In this document: one piece after another, positions 62,761 through 64,000 of the stretch
How the letters are laid out: every line of letters starts with the position of its first letter
Position numbering within the stretch: the stretch's first letter is position 1
NCBI GenBank assembly: GCA_977020255.1
Contig: CDROCS010000506.1
Span: 1,736,001-1,800,000, forward strand
From: Obrimoposthia wandeli
Lineage: Eukaryota
DNA length: 64,000 nucleotides
Reading direction: 5' to 3'
The notes under the pieces: generated by a model
What the model saw: only the letters and a program-made list of their open reading frames with translations
Told to the model about the DNA's origin: nothing
The model's database searches: none
Position numbers and translations under genes: made by a program

Positions 62761-64000
62761 TTACTTCTTCCATTGTTTCATCGTATCCACATCCATTGCC
62801 ATCGCAGCAAGGTCTTTAGCCAGTGTTCCGACATTACCAGCACCTTGAGTCAATACTAAATCACCGTCTTGTAAATGCTCAGCGAGAATCGCTGGTAATT
62901 CATCAGGGCTTGCTACAAAAATCGGTTCGATATTACCGCGTTGTCGAATACTACGACAAAGTGAACGGCTATCTGCACCCGGAATTGGCTCTTCGCCTGC
63001 CGGGTATACTTCCAATAGTAACAACAAATCAACTTTTGATAAGACGTTAGCAAAATCTTCGTATAAATCACGCGTACGAGTATAACGGTGTGGTTGGAAT
63101 ACCGATACTAGGCGTTTTTCCGGCCAACCCGCACGAGCAGCTGTAATAGTAACATCAACCTCGGTTGGGTGATGACCATAATCATCTACCAACATCACAT
63201 TACCAGCACCTGAATCAAATTCACCGAGGTGATCGAAACGGCGACCAGTACCAGCAAAATTAGCTAATGCGGTGACAATCGCGCTATCTGCAATGCCATC
63301 TTCAGTCGCAACAGCAACCGCTGCGGCTGCATTTAAGGCATTATGTTGACCGGGCGAGTTTAAACTCACACGCAAATCATCACGATCTTTACGGCAAATA
63401 GTAAAGTGACTTTGATGACCTTTTTGCACATAATCAACAATGCGAACATCGGCATGTTCAGAAAAACCGTAAGTAACGACCTGACGACCCACATCTGGGA
63501 TCAGTTTTTGAATAACCGCATCGTCGGCACACATAACCGCTAGACCGTAAAACGGTAGGTTATGCAGAAAATCAATGAAGGTTTTCTCTAACTTGGCAAA
63601 GTCACCACCATAAGTATCCATATGGTCGGCTTCAATATTTGTCACCACAGCAACCATTGGCTGCAATAATAAGAATGACGCATCGCTTTCATCTGCTTCA
63701 GCAATCAAATAACGGCTAGTCCCTAACCCAGCATTGGTGCCAGTGCTCTTTACTAAGCCGCCATTCACATAGGTAGGATCTAAACCTGCTTCATGATAAA
63801 TACCCGTCACCAAGGCTGTCGTTGACGTTTTACCGTGCGTACCTGATATAGCAATACCATGACGAAAACGCATCAATTCCGCTAGCATTTCAGCACGTTT
63901 AATCACTGGGATACGATTTTCATGCGCGGCAATAATTTCTGGATTGCTTAAATCAATAGCGGTTGAGACCACCACAACACTAGCATTCAATACATTTTCA
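62761..64000 (-). CDS. murC: UDP-N-acetylmuramate--L-alanine ligase, 5' part beyond the window
   Basis: [48 protein letters not shown]. Confidence 0.97.
   Translation of the reverse strand, partial: ENVLNASVVVVSTAIDLSNPEIIAAHENRIPVIKRAEMLAELMRFRHGIAISGTHGKTSTTALVTGIYHEAGLDPTYVNGGLVKSTGTNAGLGTSRYLIAEADESDASFLLLQPMVAVVTNIEADHMDTYGGDFAKLEKTFIDFLHNLPFYGLAVMCADDAVIQKLIPDVGRQVVTYGFSEHADVRIVDYVQKGHQSHFTICRKDRDDLRVSLNSPGQHNALNAAAAVAVATEDGIADSAIVTALANFAGTGRRFDHLGEFDSGAGNVMLVDDYGHHPTEVDVTITAARAGWPEKRLVSVFQPHRYTRTRDLYEDFANVLSKVDLLLLLEVYPAGEEPIPGADSRSLCRSIRQRGNIEPIFVASPDELPAILAEHLQDGDLVLTQGAGNVGTLAKDLAAMAMDVDTMKQWKK

Overview
Core chromosomal region of a marine gammaproteobacterium. Gene order and protein style look most like Moritella (Alteromonadales); this is an inference, no database search was run. 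It contains pilMNO (type IV pilus; pilO cut by the window edge), mrcA, oxyR, a two-gene DUF1566 (Lcl C-terminal) cassette, an atypical stand-alone dapA, rsmC, plsC, parC, a ytfB/OapA-like gene, ftsY-ftsE-ftsX plus a membrane GGDEF gene, rsmD, a LysE/AraC/EamA module, a chemoreceptor, metA-metH, yadS, yacL, acnB, a patatin-POTRA-barrel (type Vd-like) gene, pdhR-aceE-aceF-lpdA, ampDE, a clan AA aspartic protease with nadC, pilABCD-coaE-yacG, mutT, secA, an M23 peptidase and the distal dcw cluster (murC partial, ddl, ftsQ, ftsA, ftsZ, lpxC). No rRNA, tRNA, CRISPR, transposase or integrase was seen. Two signals stand out. (1) About a dozen genes are followed by short degenerate tandem arrays (units 7-22 nt) whose first unit is the gene's own last bases including the stop codon ('stop-codon stutter'). 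(2) The long 5' leader of the atypical dapA has a promoter, a 13-codon ORF ending Lys-Thr-Lys-Thr-Ile, alternative hairpins and an intrinsic terminator facing dapA, i.e. a candidate new attenuator. Also noted: recognisable FabR, MetJ and PdhR operators (including a second distal PdhR box), and absence of dciA, rpoH and zapD from their usual syntenic positions.
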